The notes: generated by a model not told the origin, from the letters alone. A DNA stretch of 56,489 nucleotides from a virus (IMGVR_UViG_3300042475_003016:1-56489); one strand, 5' to 3'. Positions 38,737 to 48,071 are shown, numbered from the stretch's first letter. Program-made: numbers and translations.

Positions 38737-38744
38737 TATAAATA
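38737..38744 (-). promoter_or_regulatory. Putative phage late-promoter motif TATTTATA (representative copy)
   Basis: On the coding strand 10-50 nt upstream of many genes: 109, 3475, 4563, 11267, 19350, 26719, 30363, 31243, 33978, 38737, 52531, 54690. Confidence 0.65.
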
Positions 38745-38761
38745 TAAGGAATAAGAAAAAT

Positions 38762-39859
38762 TTAATCCTTCTGTTTTAACAAGAATTTGTTGCTAATTGC
38801 TTTGAATGAAATAACACTATCAGTTGATCTAATAACAATACCCTCACGCTCAAATTTATCATTCAATTCAGATTTGCCTTCAGCATATTTTAGCAAATCT
38901 TCAATAGTTTCTGGTAAGAATGAACCAGAAATAAAACTCAACACAGGAACCATGTCAAACCCCATTCTTGCAATCATTAATGCTAATTCGCTATAATCCA
39001 TTTTTGACCTTTTGTCAATATCAAAACCAGAAAAGAACTTGACAGTTTGTCCTTTTATCTTATATGGATTACCCTGGATGCCCTCGCCAATCAACTCCCC
39101 TTGGATGGCAACATTAGCATTTAATGCCCTTAATTTTTCCTCAATACCCATTTCTCTTGCTACCTTCCAGTAAGTATTATCCTCACTTTCAAGCAAATCC
39201 AAATTTCTTGAACAAACCCCAAACTCACCATTATTAATATAGAATGTTGCAGATGATCCATCCAATTTTTCTGTGATATAAAAATCAAAATGATTTTTTC
39301 TCCAATCAATATATTCGTCTTTCAAATTCTGAACCCTCTCCTCATCTGTTTTTGATAAAAATGATGGAAATTGACCCTTAACCAATCCTTGTAAGTTGGC
39401 TGGGATTGGCTTATCATATTTAATAATTCCCAAAAGATTTGTAACATCAACCCCAGGCTCAAGAAGTAATGCATTATCATAAGGTCCAAGTTGGAATTGC
39501 TCACCCCAAGGTTGCTTTGAAATGCCAACCACCATCTCTGGGTCAGTTTTTGAGTTTAATACCTCAAGTTTCAACAACAAGCCTTGGGATAATTGACCCC
39601 TTAATCTAATTGTCTTTAATCTGAATCCCTCTTGATCCAACATCTTGGTATAAGATGATTTTCGGAGAAATTCAAACTCTTCCCTTATTGGTAAAAAAGA
39701 ATCAATCTCACAATATACAACCAATTCACCAATAAAGTAATTCTGGTCTTTTGCAACCACAACTGACCAGCCATCAACAATGGCCAATTCAATATTATCA
39801 GCCCCCTCAATTTGCTTAATCTCATCTATTTTTCTTATTGTTGCTAGTTTTCTTGACAT
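38762..39859 (-). CDS. RNA ligase, DRB0094 (Rnl5) family
   Basis: N-terminal OB-like RKLATI...GAD.IE, LRGQLSQG, KTDEER.QN, TEKLDGSS, QGE..G, EG.V, FK.ISN; start MSRK at 39859. Confidence 0.9.
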   Translation of the reverse strand: MSRKLATIRKIDEIKQIEGADNIELAIVDGWSVVVAKDQNYFIGELVVYCEIDSFLPIREEFEFLRKSSYTKMLDQEGFRLKTIRLRGQLSQGLLLKLEVLNSKTDPEMVVGISKQPWGEQFQLGPYDNALLLEPGVDVTNLLGIIKYDKPIPANLQGLVKGQFPSFLSKTDEERVQNLKDEYIDWRKNHFDFYITEKLDGSSATFYINNGEFGVCSRNLDLLESEDNTYWKVAREMGIEEKLRALNANVAIQGELIGEGIQGNPYKIKGQTVKFFSGFDIDKRSKMDYSELALMIARMGFDMVPVLSFISGSFLPETIEDLLKYAEGKSELNDKFEREGIVIRSTDSVISFKAISNKFLLKQKD

Positions 39860-39936
39860 TTTATTTTTTTTTTGATGCAAGTGTAATACAATTTTTTTAA
39901 CCCCCACCCAGAAATTTGGGCAGGGGCATTTCATAA

Positions 39937-40203
39937 CTAATCCACTAAACTTTCCATCTTTGATTTGTTAATTAAATGGTCTGTGATTGTATATTCTTCT
40001 ACTTTTGTCAAGATGACACATTTGGATAAAATCTTATAAGGGACATTGACTAGGAAGTCATTCCCATTAAAAAATTGAAGAGTATTCTTCAACTGCAAGG
40101 ATCCGTGGATTGCTTTCAAAAACAACTTGAACTGGATTTTATCCGCAAAGTTCTCATTGATTAAATTTTCGTTCTTGTAAATTACTCTAATGTTATGTGC
40201 CAT
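39937..40203 (-). CDS. Hypothetical protein
   Basis: 88 aa ORF after the -7 promoter at 40226. Confidence 0.65.
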   Translation of the reverse strand: MAHNIRVIYKNENLINENFADKIQFKLFLKAIHGSLQLKNTLQFFNGNDFLVNVPYKILSKCVILTKVEEYTITDHLINKSKMESLVD

Positions 40204-40378
40204 GTTGTTTGTTTTTTTGTTGATGCAAATTTAAAGCAAAGGAATGAATTATCCAAATCTTTTTTCCATTATTTTTTGGGTTAGGCTATTGTCAAAGCCA
40301 CACATAAGCCATTCTTATCACAAGCCTGGTTATCAGCAACTTGTGGAAGTGTGGTTCACCCATTGATTCTTTTAAACA

Positions 40379-40714
40379 CTAAATTACATACTCGGGGATT
40401 CTTTCAATCGAATCGTCTATTGTATCCAACAAACCATCACAATATACATCTTTGATTTCTTTTTTGACCTTACCCAAAGTATTCACCAAATAAACATCAT
40501 ATAAATCGCTACCATTCAAGGTAATCAGAACCCATCCCTTATGCCTACGAGCAGACACTCTCAATAATAGACCTTTGTTGCTCAAATTTATCATTTTTGA
40601 TACCCCAAAGGACCAGAACACTGGTTGGTTGTAAGTGAGCCAACCCATAGTCTCGGTTGGATTAAATTCTAATTTGTTTTCAAGCAAAGGTTTGATGGCT
40701 GTTATGATTTTCAT
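40379..40714 (-). CDS. Hypothetical protein, paralog of 40783-41118
   Basis: NKGLLL.VSA..HKG.VLITLN..DLY motif shared. Confidence 0.7.
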   Translation of the reverse strand: MKIITAIKPLLENKLEFNPTETMGWLTYNQPVFWSFGVSKMINLSNKGLLLRVSARRHKGWVLITLNGSDLYDVYLVNTLGKVKKEIKDVYCDGLLDTIDDSIERIPEYVI

Positions 40715-40715
40715 A

Positions 40716-41180
40716 TTGTTTGGTTTTTGTTATTTTGATGATGCAAAGTTAATATACCCCAATCACATTTCCAAATGTTTTTTCAAACCATTTTATTTAT
40801 TTGAATTGAGTAATTAAGTGCCTGTATTAAATTTTCCCCACTCACATCTTGTATTTCTCCTTTAACAGAATTACCCAAATTATCTAACAAATAGATAGTG
40901 TATAAAGTGTTATCATCATTTAAGGTAATTAAAACCAAACCTTTATGTTTCATAGCAGATACTTTTAATAATAATCCCTTATTATCTGCATTCATTACTT
41001 TTGTTAACCCAATTGAGAAACAGAACAACTTATCTTGTTTTAAGATTTTTAGTGGTACAGATGGATTAAATTCAATCTTATCTGCAAGCAAGTTTGTAAT
41101 TTTTTCGCTTAATGACATCTTGTTTGGTTTTTGTTAATTTGATGATGCAAAGTTAATATACCCCAATCACATTTCCAAAT
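40716..41180. repeat. Duplicated 61-bp promoter / leader
   Basis: 40716-40776 and 41120-41180 differ at one position. Confidence 0.85.
40783..41118 (-). CDS. Hypothetical protein, paralog of 40379-40714
   Basis: Shared motif and duplicated promoter. Confidence 0.7.
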   Translation of the reverse strand: MSLSEKITNLLADKIEFNPSVPLKILKQDKLFCFSIGLTKVMNADNKGLLLKVSAMKHKGLVLITLNDDNTLYTIYLLDNLGNSVKGEIQDVSGENLIQALNYSIQINKMV

Positions 41181-42234
41181 ATCTTTTCAAAAAAAGTGAA
41201 TTATTATTTAAAGCCTTTGCAAAATCTGGCTTCACCAAATCCCATATGTATTTTTCATAATCCCTCCCATCAAGCATAGAAAATAATATGGAAGGATAAG
41301 CATATTCTTTTGTCCTTATTGCAAAATCTTTTCTGGTTAAACATTCTTCTTCAAGCCTTGCAAAGATTTTTAAGTGATCCTCTTTTATCCTGGAAAAATC
41401 CTCATTTAACCCCCTTACAGTCTCTCTAACCCACCCATCAAACTCATCTGGTATTCTATCCAACAATTCAGAGAAATTGCCCCCAGACCTCAATACGTCC
41501 CAAATAGAAGTAGTGGATATGTTGGTTAATATTCTATGTAATCTAACATACTCTTCTCCCTTTATTTTCATTCTCATTCCAGATTTGAACCTTATGACAA
41601 ATCCTTCAGCATCATTAGGTATGATGGCTTTTAATTTAGCAAAATCATTAACCCCATCATATTTATTAACCAAATCAAACCCTTCAAGAGCCTCCAATTC
41701 AGTTCTATCAACCTCAATATTATTTGCAGTATTAAATGCCCCCAATAAAACTAACCCTTCATAATCCCCATAATTTACAACTATCACATTCCGTTTGTCT
41801 ATTATCTCAAATACGTAAGTGTTTCTAATATCCAATTTTTCCATAGGATATTTAACAAACATATGCCTTCCCATTTTTGCTTGGTCAGATGTGAAAGACC
41901 CCCTAGTTGCTATGTGCCACTCCCCAGCATAGAAAAATACTATACCACAAGATCCATCCATTTTCTCAAAAACATCAAAAGATTCATTTGGTATTTCATC
42001 AGCAGAATATTCCTCATAATTTTTGAACTTTGGAAACGGCCTCGCAACAACCTCCCCGGAATTGTCAGTAACAAGACCCCTGCAAGCCATGGTTATCTCA
42101 TCCCAGAAACCACCATATTGTACTTCCCTGGAATAGTTCCATATCACCAAAGGCAATTCTGGGTGTTCATTCTTAACCAACAACCCATCACCAACATATC
42201 TATCCAACAAAGCCAAATCCATTTTCATATTCAT
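41167..42234 (-). CDS. T4 Rnl1-like RNA ligase
   Basis: CRGLV, RPFPKF.N, EKMDGS, ATRGSF.S, FEII, EGFV, K.K..EY..LH motifs. Confidence 0.9.
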   Translation of the reverse strand: MNMKMDLALLDRYVGDGLLVKNEHPELPLVIWNYSREVQYGGFWDEITMACRGLVTDNSGEVVARPFPKFKNYEEYSADEIPNESFDVFEKMDGSCGIVFFYAGEWHIATRGSFTSDQAKMGRHMFVKYPMEKLDIRNTYVFEIIDKRNVIVVNYGDYEGLVLLGAFNTANNIEVDRTELEALEGFDLVNKYDGVNDFAKLKAIIPNDAEGFVIRFKSGMRMKIKGEEYVRLHRILTNISTTSIWDVLRSGGNFSELLDRIPDEFDGWVRETVRGLNEDFSRIKEDHLKIFARLEEECLTRKDFAIRTKEYAYPSILFSMLDGRDYEKYIWDLVKPDFAKALNNNSLFLKRYLEM

Positions 42235-42299
42235 TATTTATTTCTGCAAAGATAATCCATTTTATCAAACCCACAAATATTTATTGAAAAAAAAAAATA

Positions 42300-43178
42300 A
42301 TGATAAAATATGTTTTAATCCTATCAGTTCTATTACAAGGCTGTGCAACATTAACCCCATCCAAAAAAATGGCGGTAAAAGAATTTAGTATGACAACCAA
42401 AGACTTACCAGTATATGGTGAAAAGTTCTCACAAGGCATATCAGATGTAAGACTTAAAAGAAGCGTATATTTTGCTAACACCCTAATAACACCAGAAATC
42501 CATATAAATGAACTAGATAGAATACACGCACAAGAAAATATAGATGTAAAAAATAAAAAATTATTTAATGCATCATTCAGAGTATTAGGATCCTACGCCA
42601 ATCTGCTAATGATTATATCATCAAATAATTATGTAAATGATTATGATTCAAATGTCAAACAATTAAGCGATGATATCCAGTACTTTACATCTTTAACAAA
42701 TAATTTTGAAAATTCTTCTAAAATTATTAGGATATCTGAAAAAATTGGATTACTTATTGGTAAATATTATATTAGTTATAACCAGAACAAAGAATTAACT
42801 AACATAATAAATACATCAGACACCTTAATAACAATATTATCAAATAATATGATAGAATATTTGGAATCTGAATCATTAAAAACTATCATTGAAAATGAAA
42901 ATAATATGGTAAAAAGAAATTACCTAAGTTATTTACAACAAAAACCAAATGCCACAACAATTAACGATCTTGAATATATCCAGTTAAAAAGAAATTTAGA
43001 TAATATTAATCTTTTAAGGCGTAGTTTAATTGGGGGTATAACAAATTTAAAAGAAGCTCATACCATTTTAGCAAAACAAATGAACAGCAAGAATTCAAAT
43101 ATAGATAATATAAATCAAATAAAAGATTTGATGAAAACATTTACAGAAATAAACATTATTTCAAAACAAATTAAATAG
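42300..43178 (+). CDS. Putative lipoprotein
   Basis: Lipobox LQGC after a hydrophobic signal; helical body. Confidence 0.7.
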   Translation: MIKYVLILSVLLQGCATLTPSKKMAVKEFSMTTKDLPVYGEKFSQGISDVRLKRSVYFANTLITPEIHINELDRIHAQENIDVKNKKLFNASFRVLGSYANLLMIISSNNYVNDYDSNVKQLSDDIQYFTSLTNNFENSSKIIRISEKIGLLIGKYYISYNQNKELTNIINTSDTLITILSNNMIEYLESESLKTIIENENNMVKRNYLSYLQQKPNATTINDLEYIQLKRNLDNINLLRRSLIGGITNLKEAHTILAKQMNSKNSNIDNINQIKDLMKTFTEINIISKQIK

Positions 43179-43179
43179 T

Positions 43180-43476
43180 ATGCAAAGTTTATTGAAAGAA
43201 ATACATGATTCAATTTCTCTGGTAGAAACCAATAGAACTGATAATAATTTGTCAAAAATTGAAAAGGCTAAATTAGAGGAAACTTTAATAACCTTAACCA
43301 ATATAGAACGAGCCATTATCAATGAAACAAATACTAATATGCAATCAAAGTTATCTGCATCAACACCAGCACTTACAGAACTTATAAATGATATGGCCTC
43401 ATCCACTGAAAAACTTGATGAACTAAATAGCAAATTGAGGAAAATAATTAATATAATTAACTTTTTAAAATTCTAA
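43180..43476 (+). CDS. Hypothetical coiled-coil protein
   Basis: 98 aa ORF coupled to the lipoprotein gene. Confidence 0.6.
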   Translation: MQSLLKEIHDSISLVETNRTDNNLSKIEKAKLEETLITLTNIERAIINETNTNMQSKLSASTPALTELINDMASSTEKLDELNSKLRKIINIINFLKF

Positions 43477-43477
43477 T

Positions 43478-43726
43478 ATGAAAATTGAAATTATTGGCTT
43501 CATTGCCACAATACTAACCATTGTATCTTTCACATTTAAAAACATACTAACTATTAGGATAGTTAATGTATTAGGGTCATTTGTTTGGCTTGTGTATGGC
43601 TTTTACACAAAAGACCACCCAGTAATCATTGTGAATTTAAGTGTCATCATAATCCATATATGGGGCATATTCTTTTTACTAAAAGATAAAATCTTTCCCC
43701 CAGCAAACAAACGACAACTTCTTTAG
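43478..43726 (+). CDS. Small 3-TM membrane protein (YgjV / PQ-loop-like)
   Basis: IG..A...SF...IR.VN..G...WLVYG...PVI.VN. Confidence 0.7.
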   Translation: MKIEIIGFIATILTIVSFTFKNILTIRIVNVLGSFVWLVYGFYTKDHPVIIVNLSVIIIHIWGIFFLLKDKIFPPANKRQLL

Positions 43727-43736
43727 ATGGGCTTTT

Positions 43737-43764
43737 CACAGAGGGAAATTGATTTCCCTCTGTG
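43737..43764. terminator. Perfect hairpin between convergent genes
   Basis: CACAGAGGGAAAT-TG-ATTTCCCTCTGTG. Confidence 0.65.
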
Positions 43765-43799
43765 GGCATAAAATACTGATTGTTATGTGGTTAGGGGGC

Positions 43800-44213
43800 T
43801 TAAAGGTAATGAATTCTCTTTAAATACCCATCATCTCCAACCATATTTCTTAATTCACCTTCACTATATTCACCTAATGGTGATGTACCAATATATAAAG
43901 TGCCACCAACTTTCAATCCTTTAGGTAATGAATATAATTGACTACAATCTTCTACAATCAAATTAAATCTAACTATTAACCCTTCTGGTAATGAACTTAT
44001 ATTTTCACAAAAAGTTAAGTTCAAATCACCTCTAACTATTAATCCTTCTGGTAATGATTCTATGTTTGAGTATGTTAAATCCAAATCACCATTAATATGT
44101 AAATCATCTTCTGTTAATGGTTCATTATTTAACCATTTCCACATAAATGGTGCTCTTATATTCTCCTCATTTTCAAGGAATTTGAATATGCTTCTTATTG
44201 TGTTTTTTTCCAT
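43800..44213 (-). CDS. LRR protein, array B (3 repeats)
   Basis: SLPEGL.V.G.L.L repeats with caps. Confidence 0.85.
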   Translation of the reverse strand: MEKNTIRSIFKFLENEENIRAPFMWKWLNNEPLTEDDLHINGDLDLTYSNIESLPEGLIVRGDLNLTFCENISSLPEGLIVRFNLIVEDCSQLYSLPKGLKVGGTLYIGTSPLGEYSEGELRNMVGDDGYLKRIHYL

Positions 44214-44821
44214 TATTTATATATTTTTCCTTCTATAAATCCAGGTTTAATCATATCTCTTATTTCATCATCTGATAAGTTTGTAAAATTAGTTCTTTGA
44301 ATATGTAAACTACCACCAACATATAATCCTTTTGGTAATGATTTTAAACCCCAACTCTCAATTAACCATAAACTACCCCCAACTTCCAATCCTTCTGGTA
44401 AAGATGTTAAATTTTCGCAATGAGATAAATTTAACCTACCACCAACTTTAAATCCCTTTGGTAATGATGTTAAACTTGTGCATGTGCCTAAATTCAAATC
44501 ACCTTCAGCTTTCAAGGTTTTTGGTAATGAAGTTAATTCTCTGGACCAATATAAATCCAATTCACCTCCAACTTTTAATCCTTCTGGTAATGATTTTATT
44601 TTTGAGCCTATTAAAATTAAATCACCTCCAACTTTTAATCCTTCTGGTAATGATTTTATTTTTAAGCCTTTTAAATTTAAATCACCATTCACATTTAATT
44701 CTTCCTTTGTAATGGATTTATTAAAAAACAATTTCCACTTTAGGCTTCTGCTGTCTTTATGTTTTTTGTTTTCCTTTTCTTCAAGGAAATCAAATATGTT
44801 TTTTAATGTTTCTTTTTTCAT
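44213..44821 (-). CDS. LRR protein, array B (6 repeats)
   Basis: Same repeat and caps. Confidence 0.85.
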   Translation of the reverse strand: MKKETLKNIFDFLEEKENKKHKDSRSLKWKLFFNKSITKEELNVNGDLNLKGLKIKSLPEGLKVGGDLILIGSKIKSLPEGLKVGGELDLYWSRELTSLPKTLKAEGDLNLGTCTSLTSLPKGFKVGGRLNLSHCENLTSLPEGLEVGGSLWLIESWGLKSLPKGLYVGGSLHIQRTNFTNLSDDEIRDMIKPGFIEGKIYK

Positions 44822-45405
44822 GATCTACGTATTGTTCCTTTTATAAAGCCAGGCTCAATCATATCTTTTATTTGCTTGTCTGTGTATTTTTCTAATTCTG
44901 TCCAGCCTATATATAAATCCCAACCAACTTCCAAACCTTTTGGTAATGATTCTATTTTTCTAGTATAAATATATAAATTTATGCCAACCTTTAAGCCTTT
45001 TGGTAATGAAGTTATATTTGTTTTAGTTAAATCCAAACTACCACCAACTTCCAATCCTTCTGGTAATGAAGCTATATTTGTTTCATCAATAAACAAATTT
45101 TCACCAACTTTTAATCCTTCTGGTAATGAGGTTATTTTAGAACCTGATATGTTCAAAGTTCCACCAACTTCCAAACCTTCTGGTATTGATTCTATTGCTG
45201 AATGATACAACGATAAATCACCTTTAACTTTCAAATTATTAGGCAATGATTTAAACCTTGAGTATTCTAAAAGCAAATGCCCATCAATTGTTAAATCATC
45301 TTCTGTTAAGGGCTCTCCAATAGCATGTTTCCACAAAAATGGCACATTATGATTTTCATTTTCTTTAAGAAATTCAAATATCTTTTTTAGTGTTTCTTTT
45401 TTCAT
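44818..45405 (-). CDS. LRR protein, array B (6 repeats)
   Basis: Same repeat and caps. Confidence 0.85.
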   Translation of the reverse strand: MKKETLKKIFEFLKENENHNVPFLWKHAIGEPLTEDDLTIDGHLLLEYSRFKSLPNNLKVKGDLSLYHSAIESIPEGLEVGGTLNISGSKITSLPEGLKVGENLFIDETNIASLPEGLEVGGSLDLTKTNITSLPKGLKVGINLYIYTRKIESLPKGLEVGWDLYIGWTELEKYTDKQIKDMIEPGFIKGTIRRS

Positions 45406-45890
45406 TATTCTCTTATTATTTTTCTATCAATATAGCCATCAACATCATCTGTTGGTTTAATCATTTTTATCAATTCTTCATCAGAAAAATTAACTAAAGG
45501 TGTATAACGAATAAACAAAAAACCATCAACTTTTAATCCTTTTGGTAAGGAACTTATATTTGTTTTTGCTATAGATAAGTTCCCCCCAACATATAATCCT
45601 TCTGGCAAGGAAGTTAAATTATCACAATAACCTAAATATAAGTTTTTGCTAACATATAAATCTTTTGGTAATGATTTTATTTCTGACCCAAATAAACTCA
45701 AATCACCATTAACATACAGTCCTTCTGGTAATGATTTTACTTTTGAATATTCCATATTTATATCACCATTAACAATTAAATCATCTTGTTCAATAGGTTC
45801 ATTATTCAATATCTTCCAGAAAATTGGTGTGCTTCTATTTTCCTCCTTTTCAAGGAATTTGAATATGCTTCTTAATGTGTCTTTTATCAT
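45405..45890 (-). CDS. LRR protein, array B (4 repeats)
   Basis: Same repeat and caps. Confidence 0.85.
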   Translation of the reverse strand: MIKDTLRSIFKFLEKEENRSTPIFWKILNNEPIEQDDLIVNGDINMEYSKVKSLPEGLYVNGDLSLFGSEIKSLPKDLYVSKNLYLGYCDNLTSLPEGLYVGGNLSIAKTNISSLPKGLKVDGFLFIRYTPLVNFSDEELIKMIKPTDDVDGYIDRKIIRE

Positions 45891-46357
45891 GTTCTATATA
45901 TTTCTCCCCCTATAAATCCAGGTTTAATCATATCTCTTATTTCATCATCTGATAAGTTTGTAAAATTAGTTCTGAAAATATATAAATCACCACCAACATG
46001 TAAACCTTTTGGTAATGAGGTTATAAGCCAACACCCAATTAACCATAAACTATCCCCAACTTCCAAACCTTCTGGTAATGTTCTTATATCTGAATATGAT
46101 AAATCTAAAGTAGCCCCAACTTCCAATCCTTCTGGTAAGGAGGTTATTATTGACCCTAATAAATTCAAATTATCTCCAACTTTCAAACCTTTTGGTAATT
46201 GTGTTATTTTTGAATCAGTCAAATTCAAATTGCCTTCAATATTTAATTCATCATCTGTTAATGGTTCATTATTAATTAATTTCCAGACAATTGGTGTGTT
46301 TCTATTATCCTCATTTTCAAGGAATTTGAATATGCTTCTTATTGTTCCTTTTTCCAT
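45887..46357 (-). CDS. LRR protein, array B (4 repeats)
   Basis: Same repeat and caps. Confidence 0.85.
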   Translation of the reverse strand: MEKGTIRSIFKFLENEDNRNTPIVWKLINNEPLTDDELNIEGNLNLTDSKITQLPKGLKVGDNLNLLGSIITSLPEGLEVGATLDLSYSDIRTLPEGLEVGDSLWLIGCWLITSLPKGLHVGGDLYIFRTNFTNLSDDEIRDMIKPGFIGGEIYRT

Positions 46358-47139
46358 TATCGTTTTATTTTACCTTTTATAAAACCAGGATAAATCATTT
46401 TTTTTAATTTAGTATTGGTATGCGTTTTTAAATCTGAATACCCCAACATTAAATCACCCTCAACTTCCAATCCTTTTGGTAGGGATTTTATATTGGTATA
46501 TTGTAAATATAAATCCCTCCCAACTTTTAATCCTTCTGGTAATGATTTTAAACCTACTGCATTAAATAAATTTAAATCACCCCCAACTTCCAATCCTTCT
46601 GGTAATGACTTTAATTTACCACAATAAGATAAATTCAACTCACCCCCAACTTTTAAATCATCTGGTAATGTTTCTATATCTAGGTGTCGCAAAAACAAAT
46701 CCCCCCCAACTTCTAGGCCTTTCGGTAGTGATGTTATTTCTGTGTTTAATAAAATTAAAAACCCATCAACTTTTAATCCTTCTGGTAAATATTTTATTTT
46801 TGATAGCATTAAATTTAAAGCCCCAACTTCCAATCCTCTTGGTAGTGATGTTATATTTTCACAACGATTTAACGCTAGTATCCCACCAACTTTCAACCTT
46901 TCTGGCAATTTTTTTATTTTTGAATTGGTCAAATTCAAATCACCACCAACTTTTAATCCTTCTGGTAGTGAATTTATATTTGAACTGCGTAAATCTAAAT
47001 CACCCTCCACATTTAATTCTTCCTTTGTAAATGGTTCATTAAAAAACAATTTCCACTTTATACTTCCATTGTCTTTGTGTTCTTTGTTTTCTTCTTTTTT
47101 TAAGAAGTCAAATATGTTTTTTAATGTTTCTCTTTCCAT
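46357..47139 (-). CDS. LRR protein, array B (9 repeats)
   Basis: Same repeat and caps. Confidence 0.85.
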   Translation of the reverse strand: MERETLKNIFDFLKKEENKEHKDNGSIKWKLFFNEPFTKEELNVEGDLDLRSSNINSLPEGLKVGGDLNLTNSKIKKLPERLKVGGILALNRCENITSLPRGLEVGALNLMLSKIKYLPEGLKVDGFLILLNTEITSLPKGLEVGGDLFLRHLDIETLPDDLKVGGELNLSYCGKLKSLPEGLEVGGDLNLFNAVGLKSLPEGLKVGRDLYLQYTNIKSLPKGLEVEGDLMLGYSDLKTHTNTKLKKMIYPGFIKGKIKR

Positions 47140-48071
47140 TATTTACCCTTTGTTTTCTCACTCTCAATTCTTATAGTTATTTTGGGTGAATAATCATCTG
47201 GCAATTTATTATCTATACCAACAAATTCACCCATCTCATTATCCATTCTTATTATAATTTCTTTTTTGTCCAAATTCATCATTATTTGTCCAACAGTTTG
47301 CATATTATACATATTCTTCATTCTATATGGATTTAAGAATTTGTTTTTCTTGTATTGCTCTTTCATCTTATCAATAACATCAATATCTTCTTCAGCATCT
47401 TGCAAATGCTTTTTTGCCAACTCTAACCTAGAGTGGGATGATTTCTTTTTAATTCCATAAATGTATCCAGTTTTTTTGTGAGCAATACCATGATTGGTTC
47501 TAACCTCAACTTTCTCATCCCCCATTTTTGTAATAACAGGAGTGTCCTTGCTTGTTAATTCAACAATATATATATTCTTTGGACTACCAACAATGGTCTG
47601 ACCTTTGATTCCAACATTTTTTGGATCATCAGCATCATAGGAAACAACAGATTTAATAGCATCCTTTATGCTTTTGCATTTTAAAGCATGCCTAATCTTT
47701 TTTCCATCATTTGAATTTTTTACTTTTTTGGATTTGAATACTTTGTTGCTCTCCTTCTCATCTTGTCTAACTAATAGACTTGAGTTAACAATCCCAATAC
47801 CATATTCATTCATACCTTCAGACCAGTCTGTTTCGGTATCTCTCCAATATACCATTTCAACCCCATTGACAATCTCGTGAACAACCTCCATTTTTGCAAG
47901 ATAGCCCCTATCTCTATTCTTGGCAATGACATTACCATTGTCTAATCTAACAGCAGCTATTGTGCATTCTTGTATGGTATCATGTGCAGTATCATGTGCA
48001 GTATCATGTGCAGTATTATCACTTTTTACTAATAGGCTTAATTGACTTTCTGTGATTAAAATTCGTTTCAC
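47139..48071 (-). CDS. Ntn-hydrolase fold protein (Cys nucleophile) with N-terminal leader
   Basis: CTIAA...AKNRD...EGMNEYG..IVN...RTNH; GTG start; leader MKRILITESQL. Confidence 0.7.
   Translation of the reverse strand: MKRILITESQLSLLVKSDNTAHDTAHDTAHDTIQECTIAAVRLDNGNVIAKNRDRGYLAKMEVVHEIVNGVEMVYWRDTETDWSEGMNEYGIGIVNSSLLVRQDEKESNKVFKSKKVKNSNDGKKIRHALKCKSIKDAIKSVVSYDADDPKNVGIKGQTIVGSPKNIYIVELTSKDTPVITKMGDEKVEVRTNHGIAHKKTGYIYGIKKKSSHSRLELAKKHLQDAEEDIDVIDKMKEQYKKNKFLNPYRMKNMYNMQTVGQIMMNLDKKEIIIRMDNEMGEFVGIDNKLPDDYSPKITIRIESEKTKGK
47977..48014. repeat. 12-bp coding tandem repeat (TAHD x3)
   Basis: GTATCATGTGCA repeated. Confidence 0.8.

Noticed and set aside
40283-40360. Possible small ribozyme (AGCCACAC/GTGTGGTT and CACAAG/CTTGTG stems)
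   Set aside because: No recognisable hammerhead, twister or pistol catalytic core; needs an Rfam search.
35579-47139. Diversity-generating retroelement driving LRR variation
   Set aside because: No reverse transcriptase in the window, and no template/variable pair with adenine-specific differences was seen.
35574-47176. Many plus-strand ORFs with PTFNPSGNEVIF repeats
   Set aside because: Antisense readings of the LRR genes.
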